DNA of 64,000 bases from an uncultured bacterium (GTDB lineage Bacteria > Actinomycetota > Actinomycetes > S36-B12), in contig CAIVWG010000051.1 in the NCBI GenBank assembly GCA_903909555.1, forward strand, positions 720 to 64,719, read 5' to 3'. Under the pieces are notes generated by a model. The model made no database searches. It saw nothing but the letters and a program-made list of their open reading frames with translations, and was not told where the DNA came from. Positions 10,680-27,558 of the stretch are shown here, in pieces (position 1 is the first letter of the stretch; the number at the start of each line of letters is the position of its first letter). Made by a program: the position numbers and the translations under genes.

Positions 10680-11276
10680 GTGCCCGCCCGCATCGCCGTT
10701 CTCGCCTCGGGTGGTGGCACCAATCTTCAGGCGCTCCTCGATGTCCCTGACGCGCCGTACGACGTTGTCGGAGTGCTCTCCGACAACGCCGAGGCCCACG
10801 CCCTCGTCCGCGCGCAGCAGCACGGGATCACCACCGAGGTGGTCAGCCCGCGAGACGACCTCGATCGAGGGGGCTGGGACGCGCGGGTCGCCGAGGTCCT
10901 CACCGGCTGGCGCCCGGACTGGGTCGTGTGCGCCGGATTCATGCGCGTCCTCGGATCTCACGTGCTCGAAGCCTTTCCCTCGCGCATCGTGAACACCCAC
11001 CCTGCCCTGCTGCCCTCGTTCCCGGGCGCGCACGGGGTGCGGGACGCCCTCGACTACGGGGTTCGCATCACCGGCTGCACGGTGCACCTCGTGGATGCGG
11101 GCGTCGACACCGGGCCGATCCTGGACCAGCGTGCGGTCGCCGTTCTCCCGCAGGACGACGAGGAGTCGCTGCACGAGCGCATCAAGGTGGAGGAGCGCGC
11201 CATGCTCGTCGACATCGTGCTGCAGTTGTGCGCGCACGGCTGCTCGGTGGACGGGAGGAAGGTGACCATCCCGTGA
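10680..11276 (+). CDS. purN: phosphoribosylglycinamide formyltransferase
   Basis: [18 protein letters not shown] and [16 protein letters not shown] motifs, 198 aa. Confidence 0.93.
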   Translation: MPARIAVLASGGGTNLQALLDVPDAPYDVVGVLSDNAEAHALVRAQQHGITTEVVSPRDDLDRGGWDARVAEVLTGWRPDWVVCAGFMRVLGSHVLEAFPSRIVNTHPALLPSFPGAHGVRDALDYGVRITGCTVHLVDAGVDTGPILDQRAVAVLPQDDEESLHERIKVEERAMLVDIVLQLCAHGCSVDGRKVTIP

Positions 11277-12844
11277 GCGGCCCCGATCGCCGGCCGATCC
11301 GCCGAGCGCTGGTCTCCGTCTATGACAAGGGGGGGCTGGAAGAGCTCGTCCGCGGTCTCGCGGACGCCGGCGTGGAGATCGTCTCGACCGGCTCGACGGC
11401 GGCCCGCATCTCCGAGGCGGGCGTCCCGGTGACGCCGGTGTCCGACGTCACCGGATTCCCCGAATGCCTCGATGGCCGTGTCAAGACCCTGCACCCGGGA
11501 GTGCACGCGGGATTGCTGGCCGACCTGCGTCGCGATGACCATCGCCGCCAGCTGGAGGAGCTCGGGATCGCGCCCTTCGACCTCGTCGTGGTCAACCTGT
11601 ATCCCTTCACCCAGACGGTTGCATCGGGCGCCGACCCGGAGGAGTGCATCGAGCAGATCGATATCGGCGGCCCCGCGATGGTGCGAGCATCCGCCAAGAA
11701 CCACGCCAGCGTCGCGGTCGTCGTGTCGCCGGGCAGTTACGGCCAGGTGCTCGAGGCCCTGCGTGAGGGGGGCACGACGCTCGCCCAGCGCCAGCTGTGG
11801 GCCGCGGAGGCCTTCGCGCACACGGCGTCCTACGACATCGCGGTCGCATCGTGGATGGGCAATGTCGTGGCCCCGGATCCGACGGGGGAGGGCTTCCCCC
11901 GGTGGCTCGGGCAGGCCTGGGAGCGGCGCGACGTCCTGCGCTACGGAGAGAACCCCCATCAGCGTGCTGCCCTGTACGCCGCGGACTTCTCCCGACCGGG
12001 CCTGGCTCGCGCGGAGCAGCTGCACGGCCGGGAGATGTCGTACAACAACTACGTCGATGCCGACGCTGCCCGTCGGGCGGCCTACGACCAGGTCGAGCCG
12101 TCCGTCGCCATCATCAAGCACGCCAATCCCTGTGGGCTCGCCGTGGGCTCCGACATCGCGGAGGCGTACCGCCGTGCCTTTGACACCGACCCGGTCTCTG
12201 CCTTCGGCGGTGTGGTCGCCGCCAATCGCCCCGTCACCCGGGCGATGGCGGAGGCGATCGGCGAGGTCTTCACGGAAGTGATCGTGGCCCCGGGCTACGA
12301 CGACGACGCACTCGAGCTCCTCACCGCGAAGAAGAACCTCCGCATCCTGGTGGCAGAGCCGCGGCCGGCGCGCGACTGGGTCGAGCTCCGGTCCATCGCC
12401 GGCGGCGTGCTCCTGCAGTCCGCGGACGATGTCGCCGCGGACGGTGACGATCCCGCGACATGGCGCCTCGCCTGCGGGCCCCGCGTGGATGCAGCGACCA
12501 TGTCCGACCTGGCGTTCGCCTGGCGTGCGGTTCGATCCGTGAAGTCCAATGCGATCCTGCTCGCGCACGACGGCGCGGCGGTCGGGATCGGGATGGGCCA
12601 GGTCAACCGGGTGGACGCAGCCCACCTCGCTGTCGCGCGCGCCGGGGAGGACCGTGCGCGTACCGCGGTCGCCGCCTCGGACGCGTTCTTCCCCTTCCCC
12701 GACGGCCTCGAGGTCCTCCTCGACGCGGGGGTCCGCGCGATCGTCCAGCCGGGCGGTTCCGTGCGCGACGACGAGGTGATCGCGGTCGCCGAGGCGGCCG
12801 GCGCCACGATGTACCTCACCGGCACCCGGCACTTCTTCCACTGA
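11273..12844 (+). CDS. purH: bifunctional AICAR formyltransferase / IMP cyclohydrolase
   Basis: GTG 11273 overlaps the purN stop (GTGA). [33 protein letters not shown]-terminal TGTRHFFH, 523 aa. The longer track ORF (10928) would overlap purN. Confidence 0.93.
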   Translation: MSGPDRRPIRRALVSVYDKGGLEELVRGLADAGVEIVSTGSTAARISEAGVPVTPVSDVTGFPECLDGRVKTLHPGVHAGLLADLRRDDHRRQLEELGIAPFDLVVVNLYPFTQTVASGADPEECIEQIDIGGPAMVRASAKNHASVAVVVSPGSYGQVLEALREGGTTLAQRQLWAAEAFAHTASYDIAVASWMGNVVAPDPTGEGFPRWLGQAWERRDVLRYGENPHQRAALYAADFSRPGLARAEQLHGREMSYNNYVDADAARRAAYDQVEPSVAIIKHANPCGLAVGSDIAEAYRRAFDTDPVSAFGGVVAANRPVTRAMAEAIGEVFTEVIVAPGYDDDALELLTAKKNLRILVAEPRPARDWVELRSIAGGVLLQSADDVAADGDDPATWRLACGPRVDAATMSDLAFAWRAVRSVKSNAILLAHDGAAVGIGMGQVNRVDAAHLAVARAGEDRARTAVAASDAFFPFPDGLEVLLDAGVRAIVQPGGSVRDDEVIAVAEAAGATMYLTGTRHFFH

Positions 12845-12854
12845 GCACCGGGCT

Positions 12855-13862
12855 ATGTCGACGTCACCACCCGTCCGAACGCGTCGTCCCGGTCGCCTGG
12901 CAGCCCTGAGCGGAGCTGCGGCTTTCGGCGTGGGCGCGCTCACCGCGCTCCAATCGCGCATCAACGGAGAGCTGTCCTACGTGACCGGGAACGGCATCGA
13001 GGCGGCTGTCGTCAGCTTCGGCAGCGGGTGGCTCATCCTCACGGTCATGCTCCTGGCCTGGCGGCCCATGCGCGAGGGTCTCCGGCAGGTTATGGCGTCA
13101 GTGAGGGACGGAAGACTGAAGTGGTGGCAGGTCCTCGGCGGCCTTCTCGGTGCCTTTTTCGTCGCGGTCCAGAGCACGACGGTTCCTGTCATCGGCGTGG
13201 CCGTGTTCACGGTGGCGGTCGTCGCGGGTCAGAGCGCCAACAGCCTCGTGGTGGACCGGATCGGCCTTGGGCCGGCGGGGCGCCAGGACATCACGGTCGC
13301 CCGCGTCCTCTCGGCCGTGCTTGCGGTCCTGGCGGTCGGCGTCGCGGTCTCGGACCGGTGGAGCGGGCCGGGCAACTCGTCACTGCTCGCTGTCGCGGCG
13401 GCACTCGTGGCCGGTCTTGCCATCGCAGTGCAGCAGGCCATCAATGGAAGGGTCGGTCGCGCGGCTGGGAATGCCTTCACTGCGACGTGGATCAACTTCG
13501 GCTTCGGCTGTCTGCTGCTCGGTAGCGCCTTCGGTCTGGCGTGGGCGTTCACCTCCTACGACCCGGGGCCACTCCCCTCGCAGCCGCTGTGGCTGTACCT
13601 CGGTGGCGCCATCGGGGTGCTGTTCATCGCCACGGCCGCCTGGGTCGTCCAAGTCCTGGGGGTTCTCCTGTTCGCACTGCTGTCCATTGCCGGCCAGCTC
13701 ACGGGTGCGCTGGTGATCGACATCGTGCTGCCGACCCCCGGATCGACGTTCCACCCGGTCTTGGTCCTCGGGGTACTCCTGGCGGGGCTGGCCGTCGCGG
13801 TGGGCGCGGCACCCGCGTGGCGTGCGCGGCGCCGCCGTGGGGGTTCAGGCAGCGCAGGCTAG
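12855..13862 (+). CDS. DMT-superfamily membrane protein, duplicated DUF606/YdcZ-like
   Basis: Hydrophobic 335-aa protein with two similar halves, each carrying a Q-x-x-I-N-G motif ([18 protein letters not shown]). Confidence 0.7.
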   Translation: MSTSPPVRTRRPGRLAALSGAAAFGVGALTALQSRINGELSYVTGNGIEAAVVSFGSGWLILTVMLLAWRPMREGLRQVMASVRDGRLKWWQVLGGLLGAFFVAVQSTTVPVIGVAVFTVAVVAGQSANSLVVDRIGLGPAGRQDITVARVLSAVLAVLAVGVAVSDRWSGPGNSSLLAVAAALVAGLAIAVQQAINGRVGRAAGNAFTATWINFGFGCLLLGSAFGLAWAFTSYDPGPLPSQPLWLYLGGAIGVLFIATAAWVVQVLGVLLFALLSIAGQLTGALVIDIVLPTPGSTFHPVLVLGVLLAGLAVAVGAAPAWRARRRRGGSGSAG

Positions 13863-13872
13863 GTTGTCGCCC

Positions 13873-14721
13873 ATGAGCGCCACCATCCTCGACGGCAAGG
13901 CCACCGCGGCAGCGGTCAAGACCGAACTCGCGGCCCGCGTGGAGCGGCTCACATCAGCCGGGATCACGCCGGGGCTCGCGACCGTCCTCGTGGGCGATGA
14001 CCCGGGCAGTCATGCCTACGTCGCGGGCAAGCATCGCGACTGCGCCGAGATCGGAATGTCGTCAATCCGCGTGGACATGCCCGCCACGTCGACGCAGGAG
14101 GAGGTCGAGGCGGCGGTCCTTGATCTCAACGCCGACCCTGCGGTCACCGGCTACATCGTCCAACTGCCGCTTCCACGGGGCCTCGACGGCAATCGCGTCC
14201 TTGGGCTTATCGACCCGGCGAAGGACGCCGATGGGCTTCACCCGGAGAACCTCGGCAAGCTCGTCCTCGGGGTGGACGCTCCGCTGCCGTGCACGCCCCT
14301 GGGCATCGTCACCCTCCTGCGCCGGTACGACGTCCCTCTGGATGGGGCCGAGGTCGTCATCATCGGCCGCGGCGTCACCGTGGGGCGCCCGCTCGGCCTC
14401 CTCCTGACGCGCAAGAGCGAGAATGCCACCGTGACCCTCTGCCACACCGGCACCCGCGACGTCGCCGAGCACGCGCGGCGCGCCGACATCATCGTCGCCG
14501 CGGCGGGGGTCCCGGGGATCGTGACCCCCGACATGGTGCGACCAGGGGCTGCCGTGCTCGACGTGGGAATCACCAGGACCGACCACGGACTCGTGGGCGA
14601 TGTGGATCCTGCGGTGGCGGAGGTCGCGGGGTTCCTCGCGCCCATGCCCGGGGGCGTCGGGCCGATGACCCGGGCGATGCTCATGGCCAACGTCGTCGCG
14701 GCCGCTGAGCGGGCCGCGTAG
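13873..14721 (+). CDS. folD: bifunctional methylenetetrahydrofolate dehydrogenase / methenyl-THF cyclohydrolase
   Basis: ATG 13873 ([20 protein letters not shown]), YIVQLPLP motif, 282 aa. The track ORF start 13822 overlaps the upstream gene. Confidence 0.93.
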   Translation: MSATILDGKATAAAVKTELAARVERLTSAGITPGLATVLVGDDPGSHAYVAGKHRDCAEIGMSSIRVDMPATSTQEEVEAAVLDLNADPAVTGYIVQLPLPRGLDGNRVLGLIDPAKDADGLHPENLGKLVLGVDAPLPCTPLGIVTLLRRYDVPLDGAEVVIIGRGVTVGRPLGLLLTRKSENATVTLCHTGTRDVAEHARRADIIVAAAGVPGIVTPDMVRPGAAVLDVGITRTDHGLVGDVDPAVAEVAGFLAPMPGGVGPMTRAMLMANVVAAAERAA

Positions 14722-16110
<1,389 letters not shown>

Positions 16111-16145
16111 GTCCCCCACCGACCCTTCGTGAGGAAGTGACCAGC

Positions 16146-17360
16146 GTGAGCAAGATCAAGGTTGCCAACCCCGTCGTCGAGCTCGACGGTGACGAGATGA
16201 CGCGCATCATCTGGCAGTTCATCAAGGACCAGTTGATCCTTCCGTACCTCGACATCGACCTGAAGTACTACGACCTCGGGATCGAGTATCGCGATGCGAC
16301 CGATGACCAGGTCACCATCGATGCGGCTCATGCCATCCAGGAGTACGGGGTCGGCGTCAAGTGCGCCACGATCACCCCCGACGAGGCCCGGGTCGAGGAG
16401 TTCGGACTCAAGAAGATGTGGAAGTCCCCCAACGGGACCATCCGCAACATCCTCGGCGGCGTGATCTTCCGCGAGCCCATCATCATCAGCAACATCCCCC
16501 GACTGGTGCCGACGTGGACCCGTCCGATCATCGTCGGGCGCCACGCGTTCGGCGACCAGTACCGCGCCACCGACTTCACGGTGCCCGGGCCGGGAACCCT
16601 CACGATGACGTTCACCCCCGCCGACGGCGGCGCTCCGATGGAGTTCAACGTCTTCGACTTCACCGGCTCCGGTGTCGCCATGGGGATGTACAACCTCGAC
16701 GAGTCCATTCGCGACTTCGCGCGGGCATCGTTCCGCTACGGCCTGGCCCGTGACTTCCCCGTCTACATGTCAACGAAGAACACGATCCTCAAGGCGTACG
16801 ACGGCCGATTCAAGGACATCTTCGCCGAAGTCTTCGACGCGGAGTTCAAGGGCGAATTCGAGGCTGCTGGGCTTACCTACGAGCATCGCCTCATCGACGA
16901 CATGGTCGCCAGTGCCCTCAAGTGGGAGGGCGGCTACGTCTGGGCGTGCAAGAACTACGACGGCGACGTCCAGTCCGACACCGTGGCGCAGGGCTTCGGA
17001 TCGCTGGGCCTCATGACGAGCGTCCTCATGACTCCGGACGGTCGGACCGTCGAGGCCGAGGCCGCGCACGGGACCGTGACACGCCACTACCGACAGCACC
17101 AGCGCGGCGAGGCCACGTCGACCAACCCCATCGCGTCGATCTTCGCGTGGACTCGAGGGCTGGAGCACCGGGGCAAGCTCGATGGCACGCCGGACGTGTC
17201 CGTGTTCGCGCAGACCCTGGAGCGCGTGTGCGTCGAGACGGTAGAGGCTGGCGACATGACGAAGGACCTCGCGATGCTGATCGGCCCGGATCAGCCCTAC
17301 CTCACCACCCAGGCCTTCCTCTCCGCTATCGACGAGAACCTCCGCAAGGCCATGGCGTAG
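16146..17360 (+). CDS. icd: NADP-dependent isocitrate dehydrogenase (eukaryote-like homodimeric type)
   Basis: [38 protein letters not shown] 16146 has GAGGA ~10 nt upstream. GTG 16137 (track start) is the alternative. Confidence 0.93.
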   Translation: MSKIKVANPVVELDGDEMTRIIWQFIKDQLILPYLDIDLKYYDLGIEYRDATDDQVTIDAAHAIQEYGVGVKCATITPDEARVEEFGLKKMWKSPNGTIRNILGGVIFREPIIISNIPRLVPTWTRPIIVGRHAFGDQYRATDFTVPGPGTLTMTFTPADGGAPMEFNVFDFTGSGVAMGMYNLDESIRDFARASFRYGLARDFPVYMSTKNTILKAYDGRFKDIFAEVFDAEFKGEFEAAGLTYEHRLIDDMVASALKWEGGYVWACKNYDGDVQSDTVAQGFGSLGLMTSVLMTPDGRTVEAEAAHGTVTRHYRQHQRGEATSTNPIASIFAWTRGLEHRGKLDGTPDVSVFAQTLERVCVETVEAGDMTKDLAMLIGPDQPYLTTQAFLSAIDENLRKAMA

Positions 17361-17390
17361 CGCGCCGAAGGCTGCGAGGGCCCCGGCACC

Positions 17391-18215
17391 GTGAAGATCA
17401 TCACCGCCAACGTCAACGGCATCCGCGCAGCGGCGCGCCGCGGGGGCCTGGACTGGCTCAGTGCGGCCCGAGCGGACGTCATCTGCCTTCAGGAGGTGCG
17501 CGCGACCCACGAGCAAGCGCACGCGGAACTCTCCGCGAGCGGCCTGCGCCGGTGGCACGTGTCGCACAGTGCAGCGGCCACCCTCGGGCGCAACGGAGTA
17601 GCCGTCCTCACGCGCGACGAGCCCCGCGCGGTTCGCGAGGGAGTGGGGGACCCGGAGTTCGACGGGACCGGCAGGTGGATCGAAGTGGACCTCGACTCCG
17701 CGCTCGGGCCGGTGACGGTGGTGTCCGCCTACGTCCACGCCGGTGAGGAGGGCACGCCGCGCCAAGAGGAGAAGTTCCGCTTCCTCGAGGCGATGGACCG
17801 CAGGCTCGGCGCGCTGCGACGATCCGCCTCGCGTCGCAAGGGGCACGCAGTGGTGACCGGGGACCTCAATGTGGCGCACGCCGAGGTCGACATCAAGAAC
17901 TGGCGAGCCAATCGCGACAAGGCGGGATTCCTGCCCGAGGAGCGGGCCTACCTCGACCGCTGGCTGGGGGCGCCCGGCTCCGGCTCGGGCCCGTGGATCG
18001 ATCTCGGACGCTCCCTCGGGGGCGACGGCCCCGGCCCCTACACCTGGTGGTCGTGGCGCGGTCGCGGCTTCGACACCGACGGCGGCTGGCGCATCGACTA
18101 CGTCCTGGCGACGCCGAGGCTGGCGGGCCATGCGCGCAGCGCCCGGGTCGGCAAGGCGCCTACCTACGCCGAGCGGTGGAGCGACCACGCCCCGCTCACC
18201 GTGACCTTCGCCTGA
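17391..18215 (+). CDS. xthA: exodeoxyribonuclease III (AP endonuclease)
   Basis: MKIITANVNGIRAA..CLQE...WSDHAPLTVTF, 274 aa. Confidence 0.9.
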   Translation: MKIITANVNGIRAAARRGGLDWLSAARADVICLQEVRATHEQAHAELSASGLRRWHVSHSAAATLGRNGVAVLTRDEPRAVREGVGDPEFDGTGRWIEVDLDSALGPVTVVSAYVHAGEEGTPRQEEKFRFLEAMDRRLGALRRSASRRKGHAVVTGDLNVAHAEVDIKNWRANRDKAGFLPEERAYLDRWLGAPGSGSGPWIDLGRSLGGDGPGPYTWWSWRGRGFDTDGGWRIDYVLATPRLAGHARSARVGKAPTYAERWSDHAPLTVTFA

Positions 18216-18250
18216 GCCCCGCACCCACCCCTGACGCCTATCCTGTGGTG

Positions 18251-19540
18251 ATGGACAGCATCTGGGTCAACATCGCCCTGGTGCTGTTCTTCATCCTCCT
18301 GGGCGGATTCTTCGCCGCGGCGGAGATCGCCCTCGTCTCGCTTCGCGAGAGCCAGGTGGAGCGTCTGGCCTCCCGGGGGCGACGCGGCCGCTCGGTGGCC
18401 CTGCTCGCGCACGACCCCAACCGATTCCTCGCCGCAGTCCAGGTGGGGGTCACCCTCGCCGGGTTCATCTCCGCCGGATTCGGGGCCGCGCAGATCGTCC
18501 CGGTGCTGGTGCCGGTCCTCGAGTCCTGGGGCCTCTCCGAGGGCTGGGCGTCACTCATCGCCTTCGTCGGCGTGACGGTGATCATCGCCTACTTCTCACT
18601 CGTCCTCGGCGAACTCGTGCCCAAGCGCATCGCGCTGCAGCGGGCCGAGTCGACCGCACTCCTGCTCGCCGGTCCGGTGAACCTCCTGGCGCGGATCACC
18701 CGCCCGTTCATCTGGCTGCTCTCGGCATCGACCAACGTCGTTGTCCGGCTGCTCGGAGGCAATCCGGACACGAGCAAGGAGCAGATCACGGGCGAGGAGC
18801 TGCGCGACATCGTCGCGGCGCACGAGGACCTCACGGCGGAGGAGCGGGCGCTCATCGACGATGTGTTCGACGCCGGGGATCGCGAGTTGCGCGAGGTCAT
18901 GCTCCCTCGCACGGAGGTGGCCTTCCTCGAGGCGAGCCTGCCCGTGAACGAGGCTGCGGGCGCGGTCGCGGCAGCGCCCCACTCCCGGTATCCCGTGATC
19001 CGCGACTCTGTCGACGACGTGATCGGCGTCGTGCACATCCGTGACATCCTCGCGCCCGACGCCGCGCTGCGATCGCGCAATGTCGGCCGTCTCTCGCGGC
19101 CCGTGGTCTTCTTCCCCGGCTCCAAGCACGTCATCCCCGCGCTGACGGAGATGCGGCGACAACGCCAGCACCTTGCCATCGTGGTGGACGAGTACGGAGG
19201 CACGGCAGGCATCGTCACTCTCGAGGACCTCGTGGAGGAACTCGTCGGCGACATCCGCGACGAGTACGACGTTGTCCGAGTGGGCCCGGCGAGCGACGTG
19301 GACGGCTTGCTCAACCTCGAGGACTTTGCCGAGGAGACCGGCGTGGAGCTTCCCGAGGGCCCCTACGAGACGGCGGCCGGCTTCCTGGTGTCGCGGCTGG
19401 GGGCCCTGCCCACCCTCGGCGCCTTCGTCGACGAGGGTGGGCATCGCCTCACGGTCACCGAGCTGGACGGGCGGCGCATCGCGCGTATCCAGGTGGTCCC
19501 GCTTCCCGAGCCGGTCCCGGACGAGGTCGATCAGGGCTGA
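18251..19540 (+). CDS. CNNM/DUF21-CBS-CorC_HlyC family membrane protein (hemolysin-family)
   Basis: ATG 18251 (MDSIWVNIALVLFFILLGGFFAAAEIALVS), a CBS pair (VMLPRTEV..., HLAIVVDEYGGTAGIVTLEDLVEELVGDIRDEYD) and a C-terminal CorC domain. Confidence 0.88.
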   Translation: MDSIWVNIALVLFFILLGGFFAAAEIALVSLRESQVERLASRGRRGRSVALLAHDPNRFLAAVQVGVTLAGFISAGFGAAQIVPVLVPVLESWGLSEGWASLIAFVGVTVIIAYFSLVLGELVPKRIALQRAESTALLLAGPVNLLARITRPFIWLLSASTNVVVRLLGGNPDTSKEQITGEELRDIVAAHEDLTAEERALIDDVFDAGDRELREVMLPRTEVAFLEASLPVNEAAGAVAAAPHSRYPVIRDSVDDVIGVVHIRDILAPDAALRSRNVGRLSRPVVFFPGSKHVIPALTEMRRQRQHLAIVVDEYGGTAGIVTLEDLVEELVGDIRDEYDVVRVGPASDVDGLLNLEDFAEETGVELPEGPYETAAGFLVSRLGALPTLGAFVDEGGHRLTVTELDGRRIARIQVVPLPEPVPDEVDQG

Positions 19541-21107
<1,567 letters not shown>

Positions 21108-21111
<4 letters not shown>

Positions 21112-22397
21112 GCGTGGTTCGCGGGCTCGCGCTCGCGGCCGAGGGATGCGTCGTCGTCACTACCAGGAGGAGTGCGCGGCCGGGCCCGTCGCCCTCGCGA
21201 CGTGTCCCGGAGGCTGCGGACGCCGAGCACGATGAGCAGCAAGCCGACGGCCATGGCCGCGATGAGCCCCCAGACCCAGCCGGAGGTCCACGACGCCGTC
21301 GAGGCCGCCGTGCTGCCGCTGGCCACCGCGGTCGAGCCTGGCTCGGCGGCATCGCTTCCCTGCGCCCCCGTGTCGGTGGTGGTCTGGCCCTCGGGAGCGC
21401 CCGGGTTGTCGGCGGGTGCCGGAGCCGGGGGCTCGTCGAACGCGGGGGCCACCGGCTCGACCAGGTAGCCGACGGGGGTGACCTTGTCGGCGTTCTTGAA
21501 ACCCCAGTCCAACAGCGGGGCAGCCGCGTCATAGGTCGGAATGGCGAAGTTGAGCAGGGTCACGACGAGCCGGAGGCCCTTGCGCTCGGCCGCACCGACG
21601 AACGTCTTGCCGGCCTCCGTGGTCCAGCCGGTCTTGCCGCCGATCGCGCCCTCGTACGGCTCGTTGCCGTCGATGGGATTGAGGAGCGGGTTCTGGTTGG
21701 CGATCGCGAAGGTCTCGCGATTGCCGCCGGACTCCTCGGGCATGTACCCGGGATAGTCGAGGACCTCGATCGTCCCCACGATGTCCAGGAAGTCCTGTCG
21801 CGACAGTCCCTCGCGGGCGATCAGGGCGAGGTCGTAGGCAGAACTGGTCTGCCCTTCGGCGGGAAGGCCGCTGGGGGTCTTCGCGACCGTGTCCAGTGCC
21901 TGCAGTCGCTGAGCCTCGTCGTTCATCTGGGCCAGCGTCTTCTTCAGGCCGCCGTTGGCATTGGCCAGGGCGGACGCCGCGTCGTTGCCGCTTTGGAGCA
22001 TGAGGCCCAGGAGGAGTTCGCGCACCGTGTAGGTGCCCTCCTCGACGAGGCCCACCCGGCTGCCCTCGATCGCGATGTCGTCGTAGGTGACCGTGTAGAC
22101 CTCACCGGAGTCCAGGCGCGGGATCAGGGTGAGGGCGGTGAGGGTCTTGAGCGTGCTCGCCGGCGGCCGGGGCACGTGCGGGGCCTTGGCCGCGAGGATC
22201 GCGCCGGTATCGAGGTCGGCGATCACCCAGGCGCTCGCGGGGACGTCGGGCAGCGGCGTCGCCCCGGGGCCGGGGTCCACGATGACGTCGTTCCCCGTGA
22301 GCTTGGCGCCGCCGATGGGCTCGGCGAGGGCCGCGGGGGTTCCCGTGGCGACGAGGCCGACGGCGAGGACCGCGGCACAGACAAGGGTGCGACGCAT
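21108..22397 (-). CDS. dacB: D-alanyl-D-alanine carboxypeptidase (S11, PBP5-like) with C-terminal membrane anchor
   Basis: Signal peptide (MRRTLVCAAVLAVGLVATG). SxxK (ASTLK), SxN (QSGNDAA) and KTG (GGKTGWT) motifs. C-terminal TM segment. Confidence 0.9.
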
Positions 22398-22495
22398 GAT
22401 GCAAAAGGCTAACCCGGGGGCGGGCGGGATGGCGTGTTCAGACGCGCCGGGAATCGGTCAGTGCCGTGCGGGCGCCGCCGTCATCGACGCCGACG

Positions 22496-23232
22496 TCAGA
22501 AGCGCCGGAACAGCAGGGCGCGCTTGACCTGCTGGATCGCCTGGGTGACCTCGATGCCGCGCGGGCAGGCCTCGGAGCAGTTGAACGTCGTCCGGCACCG
22601 CCACACCCCCTCGCGGTCGTTGAGGATCTCCAGCCGCGACTCGGTCCCGGCATCCCGCGAGTCGAAGATGAACCGGTGGGCAGCGACGATGGCCGCCGGG
22701 CCGAAGTAGTCCCCGTCCGTCCAGTAGACCGGGCAGGAGGTCGTGCAGGCGGCGCAGAGGATGCACTTGGTGGTGTCGTCGAAGGCGGCACGCTCTTCCG
22801 CTGACTGCAGCCGCTCCTTGGTGGGCTCGTGCCCGTCGGTGATGAGGTAGGGCTTGACGGCCTTGTAGGCGTCGAAGAAGGGCTCCATGTCGACGACGAG
22901 GTCCTTCTCGAGGGGAAGGCCCTTGATGGCCTCGACGACGATCTCGCCATTCATCCCCAGGTCCTTGATGAGCGTCTTGCACGCCAGCCTGTTGCGGCCG
23001 TTGATCCGCATGGCGTCGGAGCCGCAGATGCCGTGGCCGCAGGACCGCCGGAACGTGAGCGTCCCGTCCTGCTCCCCCTTGATCTTCATGAGCGCGTCGA
23101 GGACGCGATCGGTGGGGTACACCGAGACGACGTAGGTCTCCCAGTGCGGCTCCTCGTCGGTCTCCGGGATGTACCGGCGGATCTTGAAGGTGACGTCGGT
23201 CGGCTCGATGCGAGTCTCGGCGGTGGCGGTCA

Positions 23233-23233
<1 letters not shown>
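22496..23233 (-). CDS. sdhB: succinate dehydrogenase iron-sulfur subunit
   Basis: Three Fe-S cluster motifs: CGHGICGSDAMRING, CILCAACTTSCP, CRTTFNCSEACP. Confidence 0.95.
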
Positions 23234-24987
<1,754 letters not shown>

Positions 24988-24995
24988 CGCTCTCC

Positions 24996-25409
24996 CTAGC
25001 CGAGATTCGGATCGAAGGTGAAGATGACGAGCGTCCCGAGAAGGATGATGAAGGCCGAGGAGACGTAGAGCAGCATCTTGAGCCAGAAGCGGGTCTGGTC
25101 GCGCTCGGCGTAATCATTGATGATCGTGCGCAGTCCGTTGGTGCCGTGGAGCATGGCCAGCCACAGCATGATGAGGTCCCATGCCTGCCAGAACGGGCTG
25201 GACCAGCGTCCGGCAACGAACGCGAAGTTGATGCGCTGAACCCCACCGTCGAGGATGTTCATGATGAAGAGGTGGCCGAGGACGAGGAAGACGAGGACGA
25301 TGCCCGACACGCGCATGAAGACCCACGCGTAGAGCTCGTAGTTGCTGCGCTGGCGGTTCCGGCGGCTGCGAGGAGCGCCGAGGTCGAGGTTGCGGTCGGT
25401 GACGCTCAT
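24996..25409 (-). CDS. sdhD: succinate dehydrogenase hydrophobic membrane anchor subunit
   Basis: ATG 25409 within track ORF 24996..25952(-). 137 aa with 3 TM helices, positioned between sdhC and sdhA. Confidence 0.85.
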   Translation of the reverse strand: MSVTDRNLDLGAPRSRRNRQRSNYELYAWVFMRVSGIVLVFLVLGHLFIMNILDGGVQRINFAFVAGRWSSPFWQAWDLIMLWLAMLHGTNGLRTIINDYAERDQTRFWLKMLLYVSSAFIILLGTLVIFTFDPNLG

Positions 25410-25801
25410 GAGGTCGTCCCGAACAGTGCCTCGACGGTGTGCTTGAGCATGAAGTAGGTGCCCGGGACCATGACGAGGACCCACACGGCGACGATGCCCC
25501 ACAGCATCTGACGCTGGTAGCGCGGTCCGCGCGACCAGAAGTCGACCGCGATGACCCTCAGGCCGTTGAGTGCGTGGTAGAGCACGGCACCCACGAGCCC
25601 GACCTCGAGCAGGTTCACCAGGGGGGTCTTGTAGGTCGCGATGACGAGGTCGTAGGCCTCGGGCGAGACCCGGACCAGGGCGGTGTCGAGCACGTGCACG
25701 TAGAGGAAGAAGAACACCGCGATGCCGGTGATGCGCTGGGCGACCCAGGACCACATGCCCTCCCCCCCGCGGTAGAGGGTGCCCACAGGCGTGGTCGCCA
25801 C
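25406..25801 (-). CDS. sdhC: succinate dehydrogenase cytochrome b subunit
   Basis: GTG 25801 is preceded by AGGAGG (25811-25806) with a 4-nt spacer. GTLYRGGEGMWSWVAQRITGIAVFFFLYVHVLDTALV is typical of actinobacterial SdhC. ATGA overlap with sdhD. Confidence 0.85.
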   Translation of the reverse strand: MATTPVGTLYRGGEGMWSWVAQRITGIAVFFFLYVHVLDTALVRVSPEAYDLVIATYKTPLVNLLEVGLVGAVLYHALNGLRVIAVDFWSRGPRYQRQMLWGIVAVWVLVMVPGTYFMLKHTVEALFGTTS

Positions 25802-25981
25802 GGTGCCTCCTGTCGCGGCGCTGCTTCGGCAGCGGGTGGTGTCCTTGTCCGTCCGCCATCGTAGTGCGGAATGAGGCCACGGGCAGGACGGGGTGAGCCA
25901 GGTCACAGCCCCGTCCCGGAGCCGGCGCCCTAGGCTGCGGGGTGCGGCGCACGCCGCCCGTCCGCTTCCGGGAGGCTCACG

Positions 25982-27556
25982 ATGACGACCGAGTCGGGCC
26001 TGCCCTTCGCGTCCGTCTACGACCCCGCGGCCCTGGACGGCTGGCAGCCGGCCGAGGCCCTCGGGGAGCCGGGCAACTTCCCGTTCACCCGCGGCGTCTA
26101 CCCCACGATGTACACCGGGCGGCCGTGGACCATGCGCCAGTACGCCGGGTTCGGCAACGCGGAGGAGTCCAACGCTCGCTACCGCCAGCTGCTCGGCGCG
26201 GGGACGACCGGGCTGTCGGTCGCGTTCGACCTGCCCACGCAGATGGGCTACGACTCCGACCATCCGCTGGCCCACGGGGAGGTCGGCAAGGTCGGCGTGG
26301 CCATCGACACGATCGACGACATGCGCATCCTGTTCGACGGGATACCGCTGGACAGGGTCTCGACGTCGATGACCATCAATGCGCCGGCTGCGATATTGCT
26401 CCTCCTCTACCAGCTGGTCGCCGAGGAGCAGGGGGTGCCTGGGAGTGCGCTCAACGGCACCATCCAGAACGACGTCCTCAAGGAGTACATCGCCCGGGGG
26501 ACCTACATCTACCCGCCCGCGCAGTCGCTGCGACTCGTCACGGACATCTTCACGTACTGCCGTGATGAGCTGCCCCGGTGGAACACCATCTCCATCTCGG
26601 GCTACCACATGGCAGAGGCGGGTGCGACCCCCGTCCAGGAGGTGGCCTTCACCCTCGCCAATGCGGTGGAGTACGTCCGGGCCGCGGTCGCCTCAGGGCA
26701 GCACGTCGACGACTTCGCCCCGCGTCTCGCCTTCTTCTTCGTGGCCCGCACGACGTTGCTCGAGGAGATCGCGAAGTTCCGCGCAGCCCGCCGGATCTGG
26801 GCGCGCATCATGCGCGACGAGTTCGGGGCCGAGGACCCCAAGTCCCAGATGCTGCGCTTCCACACCCAGACCGCCGGCGTCCAGCTCACCGCCCAGCAGC
26901 CCGAGGTCAACCTCGTGCGCGTCGCCATCCAGGCGCTCGGCGCCGTCCTCGGAGGGACCCAGTCGCTGCACACGAACTCCTACGACGAGGCCATCGCGCT
27001 GCCCACGGAGAAGGCGGCCCGCCTCGCGCTGCGGACACAGCAGGTCCTCGCCTTCGAGTCCGACGTGACCAAGACGGTCGACCCCTTCGCTGGGTCGTAC
27101 GCCGTCGAGTCCCTCACCGACGAGATCGAGGAGGCGGTCGACGCTCTCATGGCGCAGGTGCAGTCCCGCGGCGGGGCTGTCGCGGCGATCGAGCAGGGCT
27201 TCCAGAAGTCCGAGATCGAGAAGTCGGCGTACCAGTTCGCCCAGGAGATCGACGCGGGCGAGCGGATCGTCGTCGGGGTGAACCGCTTCGCCCTCGACGA
27301 GGAGGAGCCCTACGAGCCGCTGCGCGTCGACCCGACCATCGAGCAGCAGCAGCGCGCGCGCTTGGAGCGGATCCGGGCCGAGCGCGACCAGGCGGCGGTC
27401 GATGACGCGCTGTCCCGCATCCGGGCCGCGGCCGGGGGCGGCGACAACATCCTCTATCCCATGCGGGACGCCCTGCGCGCCCGCGCGACGGTGGGCGAGG
27501 TCTCGGATGCCCTGCGCGATGTCTGGGGCGTCTACCAGCCCACCGATGTCTTCTGA
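25982..27556 (+). CDS. methylmalonyl-CoA mutase family, large catalytic (N-terminal barrel) subunit
   Basis: [32 protein letters not shown]...[21 protein letters not shown], 524 aa. It lacks a C-terminal B12 domain. GGGAGG lies 6 nt upstream of the ATG. Confidence 0.92.
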   Translation: MTTESGLPFASVYDPAALDGWQPAEALGEPGNFPFTRGVYPTMYTGRPWTMRQYAGFGNAEESNARYRQLLGAGTTGLSVAFDLPTQMGYDSDHPLAHGEVGKVGVAIDTIDDMRILFDGIPLDRVSTSMTINAPAAILLLLYQLVAEEQGVPGSALNGTIQNDVLKEYIARGTYIYPPAQSLRLVTDIFTYCRDELPRWNTISISGYHMAEAGATPVQEVAFTLANAVEYVRAAVASGQHVDDFAPRLAFFFVARTTLLEEIAKFRAARRIWARIMRDEFGAEDPKSQMLRFHTQTAGVQLTAQQPEVNLVRVAIQALGAVLGGTQSLHTNSYDEAIALPTEKAARLALRTQQVLAFESDVTKTVDPFAGSYAVESLTDEIEEAVDALMAQVQSRGGAVAAIEQGFQKSEIEKSAYQFAQEIDAGERIVVGVNRFALDEEEPYEPLRVDPTIEQQQRARLERIRAERDQAAVDDALSRIRAAAGGGDNILYPMRDALRARATVGEVSDALRDVWGVYQPTDVF

Positions 27557-27558
27557 CG

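Noticed and set aside
10651-13872. ZTP (pfl) riboswitch, which is often found upstream of purH or folD in actinobacteria.
   Set aside because: The spacers before purN (29 nt), purH (overlap) and folD (10 nt) are too short to hold a riboswitch.
25802-25981. Possible cobalamin riboswitch or other structured leader in the 180-nt sdhC / mutase divergent spacer. It contains a cgctgc-ttcg-gcagcg hairpin, an imperfect ggacgggg...ccccgtcc stem and a GCCAC-containing stretch.
   Set aside because: I could not match the conserved B12-box or the wider riboswitch core. B12 riboswitches are not expected in front of B12-dependent mutases, and the hairpins are short for this GC content. A covariance-model scan (Rfam) would settle it.
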